Virus record (IMG/VR): IMGVR_UViG_3300002307_000004
Location: 1-58,917 of that record
Length of the DNA: 58,917 bases
Source: a virus
Reading direction: 5' to 3' (one strand)
The first letter of the stretch is position 1, and each line of letters opens with the position of its first letter. A program made the translations under genes and the position numbers. This document shows, piece after piece, positions 34,371-43,969 of the stretch. The notes under the pieces were generated by a model. That model did not search any database. It had not been told where the DNA came from and worked only from the letters and a program-made list of their open reading frames with translations.

Positions 34371-37300
34371 ATGGCTGACCAATTTGACGCTGATGCCGTT
34401 TTTGGAAAACCAAGCAACCCCCAACCGCAAGGCGGGGGGCAGGGCATGCCGTCCGGAAAGCCGTCTGGCTCCATAGACCCTGACGCTATATTTGGTAAGC
34501 CGGGCCAACCATCTCCGGGGTCTGGCAAGCCATCCTCTTCCGATGATCAAGAATACGAATCAAAAGTTCGATCTTTGATGCCAAAGGCCCGCGAGTTTAT
34601 TTCGAAAGACGGCGATGTGCTTTCTAAAGGTACACCCGGAGCATTTGTGGAAGGCGTGGGCAAAGTTGGGGAATGGACAGGCTTGCGCACCGCTACTCGT
34701 GGCGCGATGGCGGCTTTAGGGTCTGGAGAAGGCAAGAACTTTTCCGAACGCTACAACCAGTTAAAAGCCGAAGACGAGGCTGTCGCACGTGCGTATGAAG
34801 AAAAGCATGCTATCGCAAAAGGTGCGGGGGAACTGGCTGGCGTTGTCGGGACAACCCTACTGGCCCCCCAAACATTGGCTATTTCCGGACCCGTAGAAGC
34901 TGCGGCACTTGCGCGTGGGGTTGGTCCTACAGCCGCTAAGGTAGCGGGAATGGGTGCGGAAGGTGCTGCGTGGGGCGCGGGTACTGCCGCTGGAGAAAAA
35001 GCGTTTGGGACAAAAAGTGAACATGATGAACCGGGGATTATAAACTCCGCTTTGGTTGGCGGTGCGGGCGGTGCTGGCCTTGGCTTTATTGGCAAAGGTG
35101 TGTCATCTGCTTATGGGAATTACGCCCCAGAATGGATCAAGGGCGCGTTAAGCAAAGATTACCAGACCAAAACGTTTACCCAAAAGTGGATGGATGACAT
35201 AGCGAATGGGTCCGCCAAAATGGATATGGCGGAATACAAAAAAGCCCTTGATAATGGTCAGCCAGTTAGTTTGCTAGATGTTGGCGGGGATTCCACGCAA
35301 GAGTGGCTTCGCAAGGCGTTTAAAGGCCGTGGACAGGCATTGGACGAGTTCCAACTAAAAGCATCCCAACGGCTTGAAGGCGAAGGTGAACGGTTTGATG
35401 CGTTCCTGCAAAAGTATGCGGGAACTGACGGGTCCATTAACCAAGACCAAATTCGGCAAGCCGCAAAAGACTACGCCGAAAAAATTAATGACACGAATTA
35501 CCAACGTGCTGCATGGCGACCCGAAAACGGTAAAGGGTCATGGAAAGACAGTTGGATGACTCATTTTGACGATCCCGATGTTGCGGGAGCGTTTGGTGAT
35601 GCTGTTTCTACAATGAAACGCAAATATGGCGACGAATTTACAAGCCCTTTGTCCGCTGCGGGAGAAGCCCCTATTGACAGCCTTCTTGGCAAAGGGTTGG
35701 ATAAAAAAGCAGTCCAACAATTAAAAAATGCAGGCATTGAAACAGTAGGCGATATAGCGGGCAAAACAGAAGCGGAATTGCTTGAAGCCATTTCTGTTTC
35801 CCCAAAATCTGACAGCCATCAAGCGCAAACTGCTGCAAAGCGGCAAACGCAAAAACTTGCTGATTCCGTTATGTCCGCCACCAAGGGCATTGATCCCGAA
35901 GCGGGGGTTATAAACCCAGAACTTGTTAACGTGGAGTTTTTGGATCGTTGGCAACGCGCATTGAACTACCGTGCCGAATCTCTCGCCAAAAATCGTCCAG
36001 AACTAAACATGGACTTTGTCAAACGCTTACAGGATTTGCGCGGAGACATTGTTGGCTCTTTAAAGAACCCAAAAAGTTCGTTGTACAACGAGGCTTTTGA
36101 TACTGCGCACACGCAAGCGGCGCAGTTTCATCGTGAAAATGATGCTTTTTCGGCAGGGCAGGAACTTTTGCGCAGGCTTTCAAATGGGGAAAAAGCTTCC
36201 GAAATTGCGAATACTACTGCTGGCATGACCGCTCAGGAAAAAGAATTTTTCACCAAAGGCATTTTGGGCCAGATGGTGGAGCAAGGTTTACAGGGCGGAA
36301 GCGACGGGCGCGGCATTAAATACCAGACATTGAAGAACTGGCTGTCCAATCCGCACGTCAACACCGCTATGAACAACACTTTGGGTGAAGCCCAATTTAC
36401 TAATCTTCGGGCATTTTTAAAAGCCGAAGTTGCAATGGGGGACGCCGCTAGAATCGCGAATACATACGGCAAGACCAACACGGATTACCGTGGGTTTCTC
36501 CCGTATATGCTTTTTGGCGGGCTTGAACATTACTTGACATCTCTTGGTGGGTTTGTGTCTCCGTTCGCAATGGCTGCTTATCAGGCGGCGGATTATTATG
36601 CGGGTCGAAAGTTTGCGACATCTCTTGCCGAAAAGATGATGACCCAAGACCCAAAAATGATTGAAGAAGCTATAGATTCAATTCAAAAAAATCCCAAAAT
36701 GTCCGCGTATTTTTCGCAAGTATTGGGGAAGGCTTTGCCCTCTATGGTTGGTGCCATGTCCGGAAGCCCACCTGTTCAACGCCACGCTGCTGGTGGTGCT
36801 GTCCACATGCAGGATGGCGGCGTACCGCCTCGTGAATTGGACGAGAGAGGCATGTACAGCGAAGGTGCGGAGACTGCCCGCAGAATCCTGCCTAGAACCC
36901 AAGGAAGCGGCCCAGAGTTCATTCAACGCTTGCTAGGCAAGGGTGTAAGGCCTGATGAACTGCACCATACCCGTATTGGCGGCATTCCTCTTCGTCATAT
37001 GGGTACGGGCGAATTGCATCCAGCGGTACAAGGCCAGATTGGCGGTCACGAACTGGCTGACTTGATTCACAATAATGCGCCAAAAATGGAACGCATCAAT
37101 CGGAATGACTGGTCTAGAGATTACAAACCAACATACACATCTCGTAGTTTGAAATTAAACGCCGCTAAAGATTATTCGGAATTAAACGTTGCAAAGCAAA
37201 CAAACCCTAACCAAGAAGTTTTTTCACCGCCCGCGAAGGACTTTACTGTCATTCCGCAACTCACGGGTTTTTCAGCATATGCGCGTCAAAATGCAAAAAA

Positions 37301-39005
37301 CGTTTCAAATTCAACTTTTATGCCAATAGATGATTTGAGCGAAAGATATTCTTCAATTTGGGACAACCAAAAAAATAGGGGTATAGGAACCTATGGGAGA
37401 ACTCATGATCGATTTGGGAATTATCAAGGGTTAATACCCGTTGATGAAGACATTAATAGCGAAAATTTTGCGGAAAAACGCCCGGCTTTACAACAGGCCG
37501 CTCAAAAAGTTGCGTTGAATAAATTTAAGAAAAACGTTATTCCAACAATGGAACATTTTACGGATGTTCCAAATTTGGCGTATCATGCGCGTATGTCGGA
37601 TATCCCTCTTCAAAAAAACGGGAAAACCGTTAGCAATTTAAATATTGAAGAAGCGCAATCGGATGCGGCGCGACGCTATGACAGAAGCCAGCGCGGTAAT
37701 AAAAATACACCAAATATCATAGGGTATGATCCCGCAACGCACAAAAAAATGTATGAGGAAGCGGCTGCGGCGCAGGAACGCCTTCGTGCTTCCGATGAGC
37801 CTTTTTACAAAACAGGAATAGATCATAAAATTATAGATGATTATGATGCTTATTTACAGAAACTATCGGGCGGGAACGATGCCGTTCCGGATGTCCCTTA
37901 CATTGAATCAAATAAGTCATGGCAACGTGCGTTGGCAAAAGACGTTCTTCGCAAAGCCGCATCGAGTGGGTACGAAAGCATTACCGTCACCCCGTGGGAA
38001 GAACAAGTTCGCCGCGCCAGACACTCTGTACCCGTTGATAAACTTATGATTTCATCGATACCCGCATTTAGACATGGGTCTAACAGCCCGGAAACATTTG
38101 CAATTTCCGGTTATCCAATCAACATGCAAATGGATGATTTAAAGAAAATTTACGGGGATCGTATAGAAACGCTTATCCGTAATCATATTCCGGAAGGTCA
38201 ACGCGGTCATGCCGTTATTCCAAGTGATCCGTACGGGAAAAAACCATTTTACGCGTTTTTGCCTGACGAAGAAGACATTGATTCAGACGATAGTGATGAA
38301 GTTGAAAATTTTATCGCTAAAGCTATTGATGGCGGCAAAGCAACGCGCCGGAAGGCAGAGGTTCATAATGCTTTTATTAAACAATTGCAAAACGTCATTA
38401 ATGAAGAACATGACCCGCATTTCAAAATTGATTACTCCCATAGTGATAAACACGAACATCCGGATCATTTGTTTGAAGGTTCTGACAGCAGTAAATTGGT
38501 TGCGCCGGGAGCTTTCCTGTCTCCAGAACTGCGTGACAGCATCTTTAAAAAAGGTTTTAAGCGGTTTAAAAAGGGCGGTTACGTCACGGACAACCTGACG
38601 CATCCCATCAACCCCGCAAAAGGGTATGCTTTTGGGGGTTCCGCCAACCAAATGCGTATGGTGAACAAGTCCATCCATATGCCTAAGCCGGGTGACGAAG
38701 ATTTTGTTGGGCCGACAATGAGTACTTCGTCATACGACCCCAACAAATCGGGTGCGTTTGACAAGTTAAACATGTTCGGGGAACGCAACATCCATTGGAC
38801 CCCTGATCTGGGCCATGCTGCATCGCGTGGGTATCGAGTTGATAAGACTGGGCGCACTATGCGGTCTACTGGCGGTCGTATCCCAGATGCTGACAAACTG
38901 TTTAAGTCTGCTAAGAAATACGTAGACAGCCATACCAAACATCTTCTAGATGTTCCCGATGACGCTATTGTTAAAGCACTCCGTGTAGCACAGAAAAAGG
39001 TTTAA
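34371..39005 (+). CDS. giant virion/ejection protein of unknown function (1544 aa)
   Basis: Starts 2 nt after the previous stop. Has a helix-hairpin-helix-like KAVQQLKNAGIETVGDIAGKTEAELLEAI segment and GG motifs (AAGGAVHMQDGG, KKGGYV, STGGRIPD). The central part is AT-richer and Asn/Lys-rich. Confidence 0.7.
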   Translation: MADQFDADAVFGKPSNPQPQGGGQGMPSGKPSGSIDPDAIFGKPGQPSPGSGKPSSSDDQEYESKVRSLMPKAREFISKDGDVLSKGTPGAFVEGVGKVGEWTGLRTATRGAMAALGSGEGKNFSERYNQLKAEDEAVARAYEEKHAIAKGAGELAGVVGTTLLAPQTLAISGPVEAAALARGVGPTAAKVAGMGAEGAAWGAGTAAGEKAFGTKSEHDEPGIINSALVGGAGGAGLGFIGKGVSSAYGNYAPEWIKGALSKDYQTKTFTQKWMDDIANGSAKMDMAEYKKALDNGQPVSLLDVGGDSTQEWLRKAFKGRGQALDEFQLKASQRLEGEGERFDAFLQKYAGTDGSINQDQIRQAAKDYAEKINDTNYQRAAWRPENGKGSWKDSWMTHFDDPDVAGAFGDAVSTMKRKYGDEFTSPLSAAGEAPIDSLLGKGLDKKAVQQLKNAGIETVGDIAGKTEAELLEAISVSPKSDSHQAQTAAKRQTQKLADSVMSATKGIDPEAGVINPELVNVEFLDRWQRALNYRAESLAKNRPELNMDFVKRLQDLRGDIVGSLKNPKSSLYNEAFDTAHTQAAQFHRENDAFSAGQELLRRLSNGEKASEIANTTAGMTAQEKEFFTKGILGQMVEQGLQGGSDGRGIKYQTLKNWLSNPHVNTAMNNTLGEAQFTNLRAFLKAEVAMGDAARIANTYGKTNTDYRGFLPYMLFGGLEHYLTSLGGFVSPFAMAAYQAADYYAGRKFATSLAEKMMTQDPKMIEEAIDSIQKNPKMSAYFSQVLGKALPSMVGAMSGSPPVQRHAAGGAVHMQDGGVPPRELDERGMYSEGAETARRILPRTQGSGPEFIQRLLGKGVRPDELHHTRIGGIPLRHMGTGELHPAVQGQIGGHELADLIHNNAPKMERINRNDWSRDYKPTYTSRSLKLNAAKDYSELNVAKQTNPNQEVFSPPAKDFTVIPQLTGFSAYARQNAKNVSNSTFMPIDDLSERYSSIWDNQKNRGIGTYGRTHDRFGNYQGLIPVDEDINSENFAEKRPALQQAAQKVALNKFKKNVIPTMEHFTDVPNLAYHARMSDIPLQKNGKTVSNLNIEEAQSDAARRYDRSQRGNKNTPNIIGYDPATHKKMYEEAAAAQERLRASDEPFYKTGIDHKIIDDYDAYLQKLSGGNDAVPDVPYIESNKSWQRALAKDVLRKAASSGYESITVTPWEEQVRRARHSVPVDKLMISSIPAFRHGSNSPETFAISGYPINMQMDDLKKIYGDRIETLIRNHIPEGQRGHAVIPSDPYGKKPFYAFLPDEEDIDSDDSDEVENFIAKAIDGGKATRRKAEVHNAFIKQLQNVINEEHDPHFKIDYSHSDKHEHPDHLFEGSDSSKLVAPGAFLSPELRDSIFKKGFKRFKKGGYVTDNLTHPINPAKGYAFGGSANQMRMVNKSIHMPKPGDEDFVGPTMSTSSYDPNKSGAFDKLNMFGERNIHWTPDLGHAASRGYRVDKTGRTMRSTGGRIPDADKLFKSAKKYVDSHTKHLLDVPDDAIVKALRVAQKKV

Positions 39006-39007
39006 TC

Positions 39008-39862
39008 ATGGTTTCGACGTATAGCCCCAACAAAAACTTGGAATTGCCGGGCAATGGCGACTATGTTGATACATGGAACGTCCCCGCTAACTCCGATTTT
39101 ACCGTCATCGATAAAGCGTTTGGCAGCACTCAAACTTATACTTTGAGCAGTTCAAACGTCACCGTAACTACGTCCGAAAGTCAAAATCTTCGCATTTACT
39201 TGCAAGGTACTTTGACGGCTAACGTCAACATCCTCCTACCCGCAGTAGGGGGTATGTGGATCGTGGACAACGAGACCACGGGCAGCTTTACGGTAACCGT
39301 TAAAACAGTTGCTGGCGGCAGCACTGGCGTTGCGGTAAGTCAGGGTGTGCGTTCGTTTATTACGGCAAATGGAACTAACGTTTACTTCGCGGATGACCGC
39401 GTAACTCCGTATACGGCTCCGCAGGATTTGAGTACGACATCCACTACCGTTCGCTTTAACAGCATTGGGATTGGAACTACCGCATCTGGTACCGCGGGTG
39501 AAATCCGCGCTACGGGCAATATTACCGCGTATTATTCAGATAAACGTTTGAAAAAAGACATCGAACCTATCGATAATGCGTTGGAAATGCTTGCGGGCAT
39601 TCGTGGCGTTAGATACGTCCAAAATGAAATAGCGGCTGCGATGGGATACAACGACCCAGCAGTGCAAGTTGGTGTCATCGCGCAGGAAGTACAGGCTGTA
39701 TTGCCGGAAGCTGTTACCGCCGCCCCGTTTGATATTGGCATGGATGGTAAAAGCATGAGCGGCGAAAACTATCTGACTGTTCGGTATGATCGGATTATCC
39801 CCCTACTTATTCAGGCGGTGAAAGAACTGTCAGACGAAGTCGCGGCTCTTAAAGCGAGGTAA
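39008..39862 (+). CDS. tail fibre/spike protein with C-terminal S74 intramolecular chaperone domain
   Basis: 284 aa. The C-terminus YYSDKRLKKDIEPIDNALEMLAGIRGVRYV...VGVIAQEVQAVLPEAV...VRYDRIIPLLIQAVKEL matches the endosialidase-chaperone pattern. Confidence 0.75.
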   Translation: MVSTYSPNKNLELPGNGDYVDTWNVPANSDFTVIDKAFGSTQTYTLSSSNVTVTTSESQNLRIYLQGTLTANVNILLPAVGGMWIVDNETTGSFTVTVKTVAGGSTGVAVSQGVRSFITANGTNVYFADDRVTPYTAPQDLSTTSTTVRFNSIGIGTTASGTAGEIRATGNITAYYSDKRLKKDIEPIDNALEMLAGIRGVRYVQNEIAAAMGYNDPAVQVGVIAQEVQAVLPEAVTAAPFDIGMDGKSMSGENYLTVRYDRIIPLLIQAVKELSDEVAALKAR

Positions 39863-39865
39863 CCG

Positions 39866-40669
39866 ATGGCGACTCCAGTTAGCGGGCCAATTAGCTTTGC
39901 GGATATCCAAGCCGCCTTTGGGTTTGGCTATGGCATGAATAACTACCAGTATAGCCGTTGGTATCAGCCAGCGTCGCTTGTTTATGGCAATTTTTCGGCT
40001 AACCAAATTAGTTTTTCGGATTTTTATAACAAACAGGGGACTGACCCTGCGGGTAATGGAAGCGTGACTTACTCTTCCGCTAGCACAAACTATTTTACGG
40101 TTCCATTGTTCCGCAACACATTGACCGTTGATGTCTGGGGTGCGGGTGGCGGCGGCGGCGGGTACATTTACGACAACCTATACGGGGCGACGGGGGGGAC
40201 TTCATACGTTACGTTTTCAAACTCCCTTTCAATTTCCGCGAACGGTGGCACGGGCGGTCAAGATGCTGCCACTAGCAGATATGGCGGGTTGGTCTACGGG
40301 GATAACGGCGTAGGTGGAGCCGCATCCGGCAACGTACTGTCCACGACAGGCAACGCTGGGTACAGCCTTGGGGTTGGGGCTGGTGCGCCTAATGGTGGCG
40401 GTGATATTGCCCCCGGGTTTAGACAAACCCCTGCTCCTAACGGTTCTGCCCCCGGCGGGGGTGGCGCAGGGTTTTATTTCGATACGGGCGGCAAGTTTCC
40501 AGCCGTTGCTGGCGGGGCTGGCAGCGGAGGGCGTGCTAAGTCAACATGGGCTTCCGCTTCCCTCCCTACGGGCACAACAGCGACTGTTGTTGTCGGGGGT
40601 GGTGGTGCACCCGGGAATTCCTACGGCGGGTACGGGGCTGATGGTAAAATAACAATCTCGTGGAGTTAA
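39866..40669 (+). CDS. glycine-rich tail-associated protein
   Basis: 267 aa. VWGAGGGGGGY...GGTGG...GGGGAGF Gly-rich domain typical of phage fibre-associated Gly-rich proteins. Confidence 0.55.
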   Translation: MATPVSGPISFADIQAAFGFGYGMNNYQYSRWYQPASLVYGNFSANQISFSDFYNKQGTDPAGNGSVTYSSASTNYFTVPLFRNTLTVDVWGAGGGGGGYIYDNLYGATGGTSYVTFSNSLSISANGGTGGQDAATSRYGGLVYGDNGVGGAASGNVLSTTGNAGYSLGVGAGAPNGGGDIAPGFRQTPAPNGSAPGGGGAGFYFDTGGKFPAVAGGAGSGGRAKSTWASASLPTGTTATVVVGGGGAPGNSYGGYGADGKITISWS

Positions 40670-40670
40670 C

Positions 40671-41141
40671 ATGGACCCGTTAACAATCCTCGCGGCGGCA
40701 CAAGCGGCGTATGCAGGCATCCAAGCTGGCATCGCTGCGGGTAAAGAAATCCAAGGCATGGCTGCGGACCTGTCTGAATTGTGGGGCAACCTTGCGAAGT
40801 TGACTCAAATTGCGGCGGAGCCACAACAGAAAACTTTCTTTAACGACAAAAGCGCGGAACAGATTGCGATTGAACGTTACGCCGCTAAAGCGGAAGCGCA
40901 CGATCTTGCATTAAAAGCTCGCAATTTGTTTATTGGGGCGTACGGCCTAGCCGCGTGGGATCAGGTCCAGCGGGAAGTCATCAATATCCGCAAGGAAATT
41001 GAACGCAAGAAATGGGAAGAAGAACGCGAAAGAGCCGCCAGACTAGAAGAACTACGCGAAGCTGGCGTTGTAACATTCATCGTTCTATTGCTGTTAAGTA
41101 TAATGTTGGCAATAGGCGTTATACTTTTAGGGGTTAAATGA
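40671..41141 (+). CDS. tail-anchored membrane protein with coiled coil (lysis-cassette member?)
   Basis: 156 aa. C-terminal hydrophobic VVTFIVLLLLSIMLAIGVILLGV. Confidence 0.5.
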   Translation: MDPLTILAAAQAAYAGIQAGIAAGKEIQGMAADLSELWGNLAKLTQIAAEPQQKTFFNDKSAEQIAIERYAAKAEAHDLALKARNLFIGAYGLAAWDQVQREVINIRKEIERKKWEEERERAARLEELREAGVVTFIVLLLLSIMLAIGVILLGVK

Positions 41142-41620
41142 CAATGAACGAAGCAGAAGCCGCACAAGTCAAAATGCAGGAAATCCTTGCGGCATCAGCT
41201 AGCAAGGGCGCATTGATCGAAAAGATTGTTTTCGCAGGAATACCAATCCTATTTTCTTGCGTTGTATACCTCATGACGGCGCTTAGCACAGCAAATAACG
41301 AAATTATTCAATTAAAATCTAGGATCGCTATTGTTGTAAATAGCGAAAATAAAGCAATTCCTCCGCAAGGAACGACCATCGACATGGCCCAAATCCGCGA
41401 ACAACTGAACGACAAAATTGACAAAGTTGAACGTGATGCGGCTCTTGCCCGTGCGGCAATGACATTGGACCGAGAAAGATCAATGGCGGCAATTGATCGT
41501 CAGCGTCTTGAAATGAACGCAGATGCTTCTATCGCTCGTGCCGCAATACGAGCAGAAGCGGCGGTTGCCCGTGCCGAACTGGATAAACGAATTGCTCTGA
41601 TTGAAGCGAGGATTAAATAA
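41138..41620 (+). CDS. N-terminally anchored coiled-coil membrane protein (spanin- or antiholin-like, speculative)
   Basis: 160 aa. ATGA overlap with the previous gene. TM segment IVFAGIPILFSCVVYLMTAL followed by an Ala/Arg-rich helix. Confidence 0.45.
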   Translation: MTMNEAEAAQVKMQEILAASASKGALIEKIVFAGIPILFSCVVYLMTALSTANNEIIQLKSRIAIVVNSENKAIPPQGTTIDMAQIREQLNDKIDKVERDAALARAAMTLDRERSMAAIDRQRLEMNADASIARAAIRAEAAVARAELDKRIALIEARIK

Positions 41621-42118
41621 ATGGACCTTGGCATATTTGGAAAGTTGATCGAAAATGTTGCACCGACTATCGCTACCGCTCTTGGCGGTCCTGTTGCTGG
41701 CATGGCAGTCAAAGCTCTATCCAACGCGCTCTTGGGGCACGGTGACGGATCAGAAGATGACATTAGAACTGCACTCGCTACTGCAACACCCGACCAAATC
41801 GCTGCAATCCGCAAAGTAGACGCTGACTTCAAGGTTCAGATGAAAAGTCTGGACATTGATCTTGTCAAGATTGCTGCCAGCGATAGGGCTTCCGCACGGG
41901 AAATGGCAATAGGAACGCATTCTTTTACCCCGTCCGTTATGTCCTATGTCATCGTCGTGTGCTGGGCGATCATTCAATACTTCCTATTCACGCACGTCAT
42001 CGAGGCCTCTATGCGGGAATTGATTGCGCGTGTTCTTGGTACGCTGGACGGTGCGCTGATGCTCGTCCTGTCATTCTGGTTCGGTAGTAGCAACCCCCCA
42101 ATGGGAGATAAAAAATGA
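41621..42118 (+). CDS. holin, 3TM GTA-type (putative)
   Basis: 165 aa. Soluble N-domain, then hydrophobic SVMSYVIVVCWAIIQYFLF and ALMLVLSFWFG. Immediately upstream of, and overlapping, the endolysin gene. Confidence 0.55.
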   Translation: MDLGIFGKLIENVAPTIATALGGPVAGMAVKALSNALLGHGDGSEDDIRTALATATPDQIAAIRKVDADFKVQMKSLDIDLVKIAASDRASAREMAIGTHSFTPSVMSYVIVVCWAIIQYFLFTHVIEASMRELIARVLGTLDGALMLVLSFWFGSSNPPMGDKK

Positions 42119-42708
42119 ATTTTATAGGTTCCGCACGGAAAGCCACCGAAGACGATTTTAAGGCGGCTGCGGATTCAATAGGAGTCCCTCTAGCGGCGTT
42201 TAAGGCCGTGACGGCTGTAGAGGCCGCTGGATCAGGGTTTGACTCTGACAAACGTCCTAAAGCCCTTTTCGAGCGGCATATATTCTATCGGGAACTCCGC
42301 ACCCAGCCAGACATGCAACAGTTGGCTATGGATGAGAAATTGGCGTACCCCAAATGGGGCCAGCTTCCCTACCCTAAAGGGTCGGATGCCGTGTACGAAG
42401 AGATCGAACGCGCCTGCAAAATTGACGAAGATGCCGCCCTGTGTTCCGTATCGTGGGGTCTGGGCCAAATCATGGGTATGAACTGGGTTATGGTTGGCTG
42501 CGATTCTGTTAAACAAATGGTTGAACAGGCGATGGAATCGGAAGGGAATCAACTGGTCCACATGGCGAAATTTATCAAAGCGGCAAAATTGGATGTTCCC
42601 CTCGCGAGACTCGATTGGGCAGCCTTCGCTAAGGGTTATAATGGGCCGGGGTATGCAGTGAACCGCTACGACGTAAAACTCGCGGATCATTATGCTTCTT
42701 ATGCTTGA
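42115..42708 (+). CDS. endolysin, N-acetylmuramidase (DUF3380 family)
   Basis: 197 aa. ALFERHIFYR, SVSWGLGQIMG and WAAFAKGYNGPGYAVNRYDVKL match the family signature. Confidence 0.85.
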   Translation: MNFIGSARKATEDDFKAAADSIGVPLAAFKAVTAVEAAGSGFDSDKRPKALFERHIFYRELRTQPDMQQLAMDEKLAYPKWGQLPYPKGSDAVYEEIERACKIDEDAALCSVSWGLGQIMGMNWVMVGCDSVKQMVEQAMESEGNQLVHMAKFIKAAKLDVPLARLDWAAFAKGYNGPGYAVNRYDVKLADHYASYA

Positions 42709-42748
42709 CAGAATCCGATGTCCCACATACGTTGGGGACTCTTCCTCC

Positions 42749-43060
42749 CTAGAACTCAGGCGGGCTTCGGTCCGCCTCTTTTTTTATCTCCAGTTTGACG
42801 CGGTACCGTGTTTTGGAACGCTTTTTCAAACTGCGGTAAGTCCCATCAAGATACACTGGCTCCGTTTCCAACCAATCAATGCTTTTGAGCCGCTTGATGC
42901 ACTCGTAGATTGATGATTTGGGGAGTGACATCATCTCCGCCAGATCACTGATATCCGCATCGAACGGCTGCGTCCCATGCGTGTCAAGCATACGTAAGAT
43001 CAAGATTTGGTCGCGAGGGGTAATAGCCCTAGCCCAAACGATAGTCTGAATAAGGTTCAT
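42749..43060 (-). CDS. winged-helix (MarR-like) DNA-binding protein
   Basis: 103 aa from ATG 43060 (ATGA overlap). ILILRMLDTHG...ISDLAEMMSLPKSSIYECIKRLKSIDWL is an HTH/wing pattern. Confidence 0.55.
   Translation of the reverse strand: MNLIQTIVWARAITPRDQILILRMLDTHGTQPFDADISDLAEMMSLPKSSIYECIKRLKSIDWLETEPVYLDGTYRSLKKRSKTRYRVKLEIKKEADRSPPEF
42758..42785 (+). terminator. rho-independent terminator ending the late operon
   Basis: AGGCGG-loop-CCGCCT followed by CTTTTTTT. Overlaps the 3' end of the convergent minus-strand gene. Confidence 0.75.
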
Positions 43061-43287
43061 TTTACCCACCAGTTTTCCGGAACGGGGATGTTCTCCCTGC
43101 CAAGCGTTGGATTTGCTTGCGCCCGAATGTCGTAATTGGGGAATGTCCACATTTCTCCGGTTTCGCGGATAGCACAAACCCAGAACAAATGGTGATCCTC
43201 GCTATAATCCAATAAGAAATGCGCGTTTGCTGGACCTTTTGGGGTCAGTACGGGCATAGATGGGTCAATCCTGTGTATTAATGCCAT
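43057..43287 (-). CDS. hypothetical protein (76 aa)
   Basis: ATG 43287 after GAGGAAG. Confidence 0.5.
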   Translation of the reverse strand: MALIHRIDPSMPVLTPKGPANAHFLLDYSEDHHLFWVCAIRETGEMWTFPNYDIRAQANPTLGRENIPVPENWWVK

Positions 43288-43453
43288 TATTATCTTCCTC
43301 TGCTGGGCCACTATATTCTTTTTCAACCAAACATGCTTCTCTCAAAGCGTGGACAAACCCAATTTTGGCAAGAAGGATCAACTCCTCGCGGGTGCATTCC
43401 AATTGGACTTTCGCACCGCCGTCAGGCAGTTCGTAAATCTCCAAAACTTCCAT
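43265..43453 (-). CDS. hypothetical protein (62 aa)
   Basis: ATG 43453 after AAGGA. Confidence 0.5.
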   Translation of the reverse strand: MEVLEIYELPDGGAKVQLECTREELILLAKIGFVHALREACLVEKEYSGPAEEDNNGINTQD

Positions 43454-43486
43454 TGTCCTTATCCCTTGTTTATTTAACATTGGAAG

Positions 43487-43969
43487 TTAAATTTTCCAGA
43501 AAGTATGCCTAATAGTTTCGCCGTTTTGGTCCAGCGTATGGCTTACTAAATTTGTTTTTAACTGGTCAATTGACGCGAACGCTTTCAATTCCCAATCTTC
43601 GTATTCGATCTTTCCGCGCAATGGCGAGTACCCAAATCTTTCCGATGGGGCCATCATTGGCTTCCCGCTTTCCCTACTAAAGGCGGAAAACACTTCCGCG
43701 TTGGAAATGTACGGGTTTGTTTCCGGATTTTTGTCCGTGTATTCATAACTTGTAATACTCGCGACATTATCGAACCAAGGTTCTCCCGCGACAAAAGATG
43801 CGGGCCTAGCGTCATATATCTCGTGTATGAACTGTGTGCCGTTAAGGAGCAGCCCGCTAACGTACGCAAACGGTTTGGGAAGGGCTTTGACGGGCATCAG
43901 AAGCCCGGGAGTCGTGATTACGATAGGAGCCGCTACAAGCCCCCTTAAAAACGATCTACGTTCCATCAT
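43487..43969 (-). CDS. Tat-signal secreted protein of unknown function
   Basis: The N-terminus MMERRSFLRGLVAAPIVITTPGLLMPVKALP contains the twin-arginine consensus RR.FL(K/R) plus an h-region. Confidence 0.65.
   Translation of the reverse strand: MMERRSFLRGLVAAPIVITTPGLLMPVKALPKPFAYVSGLLLNGTQFIHEIYDARPASFVAGEPWFDNVASITSYEYTDKNPETNPYISNAEVFSAFSRESGKPMMAPSERFGYSPLRGKIEYEDWELKAFASIDQLKTNLVSHTLDQNGETIRHTFWKI

Noticed and set aside
34371-39005. 1544-aa virion protein as an N4-type virion RNA polymerase
   Set aside because: It is far shorter than N4 vRNAP, and I could not find T7-like polymerase motifs A or C (D...G / HDS-type) by eye.
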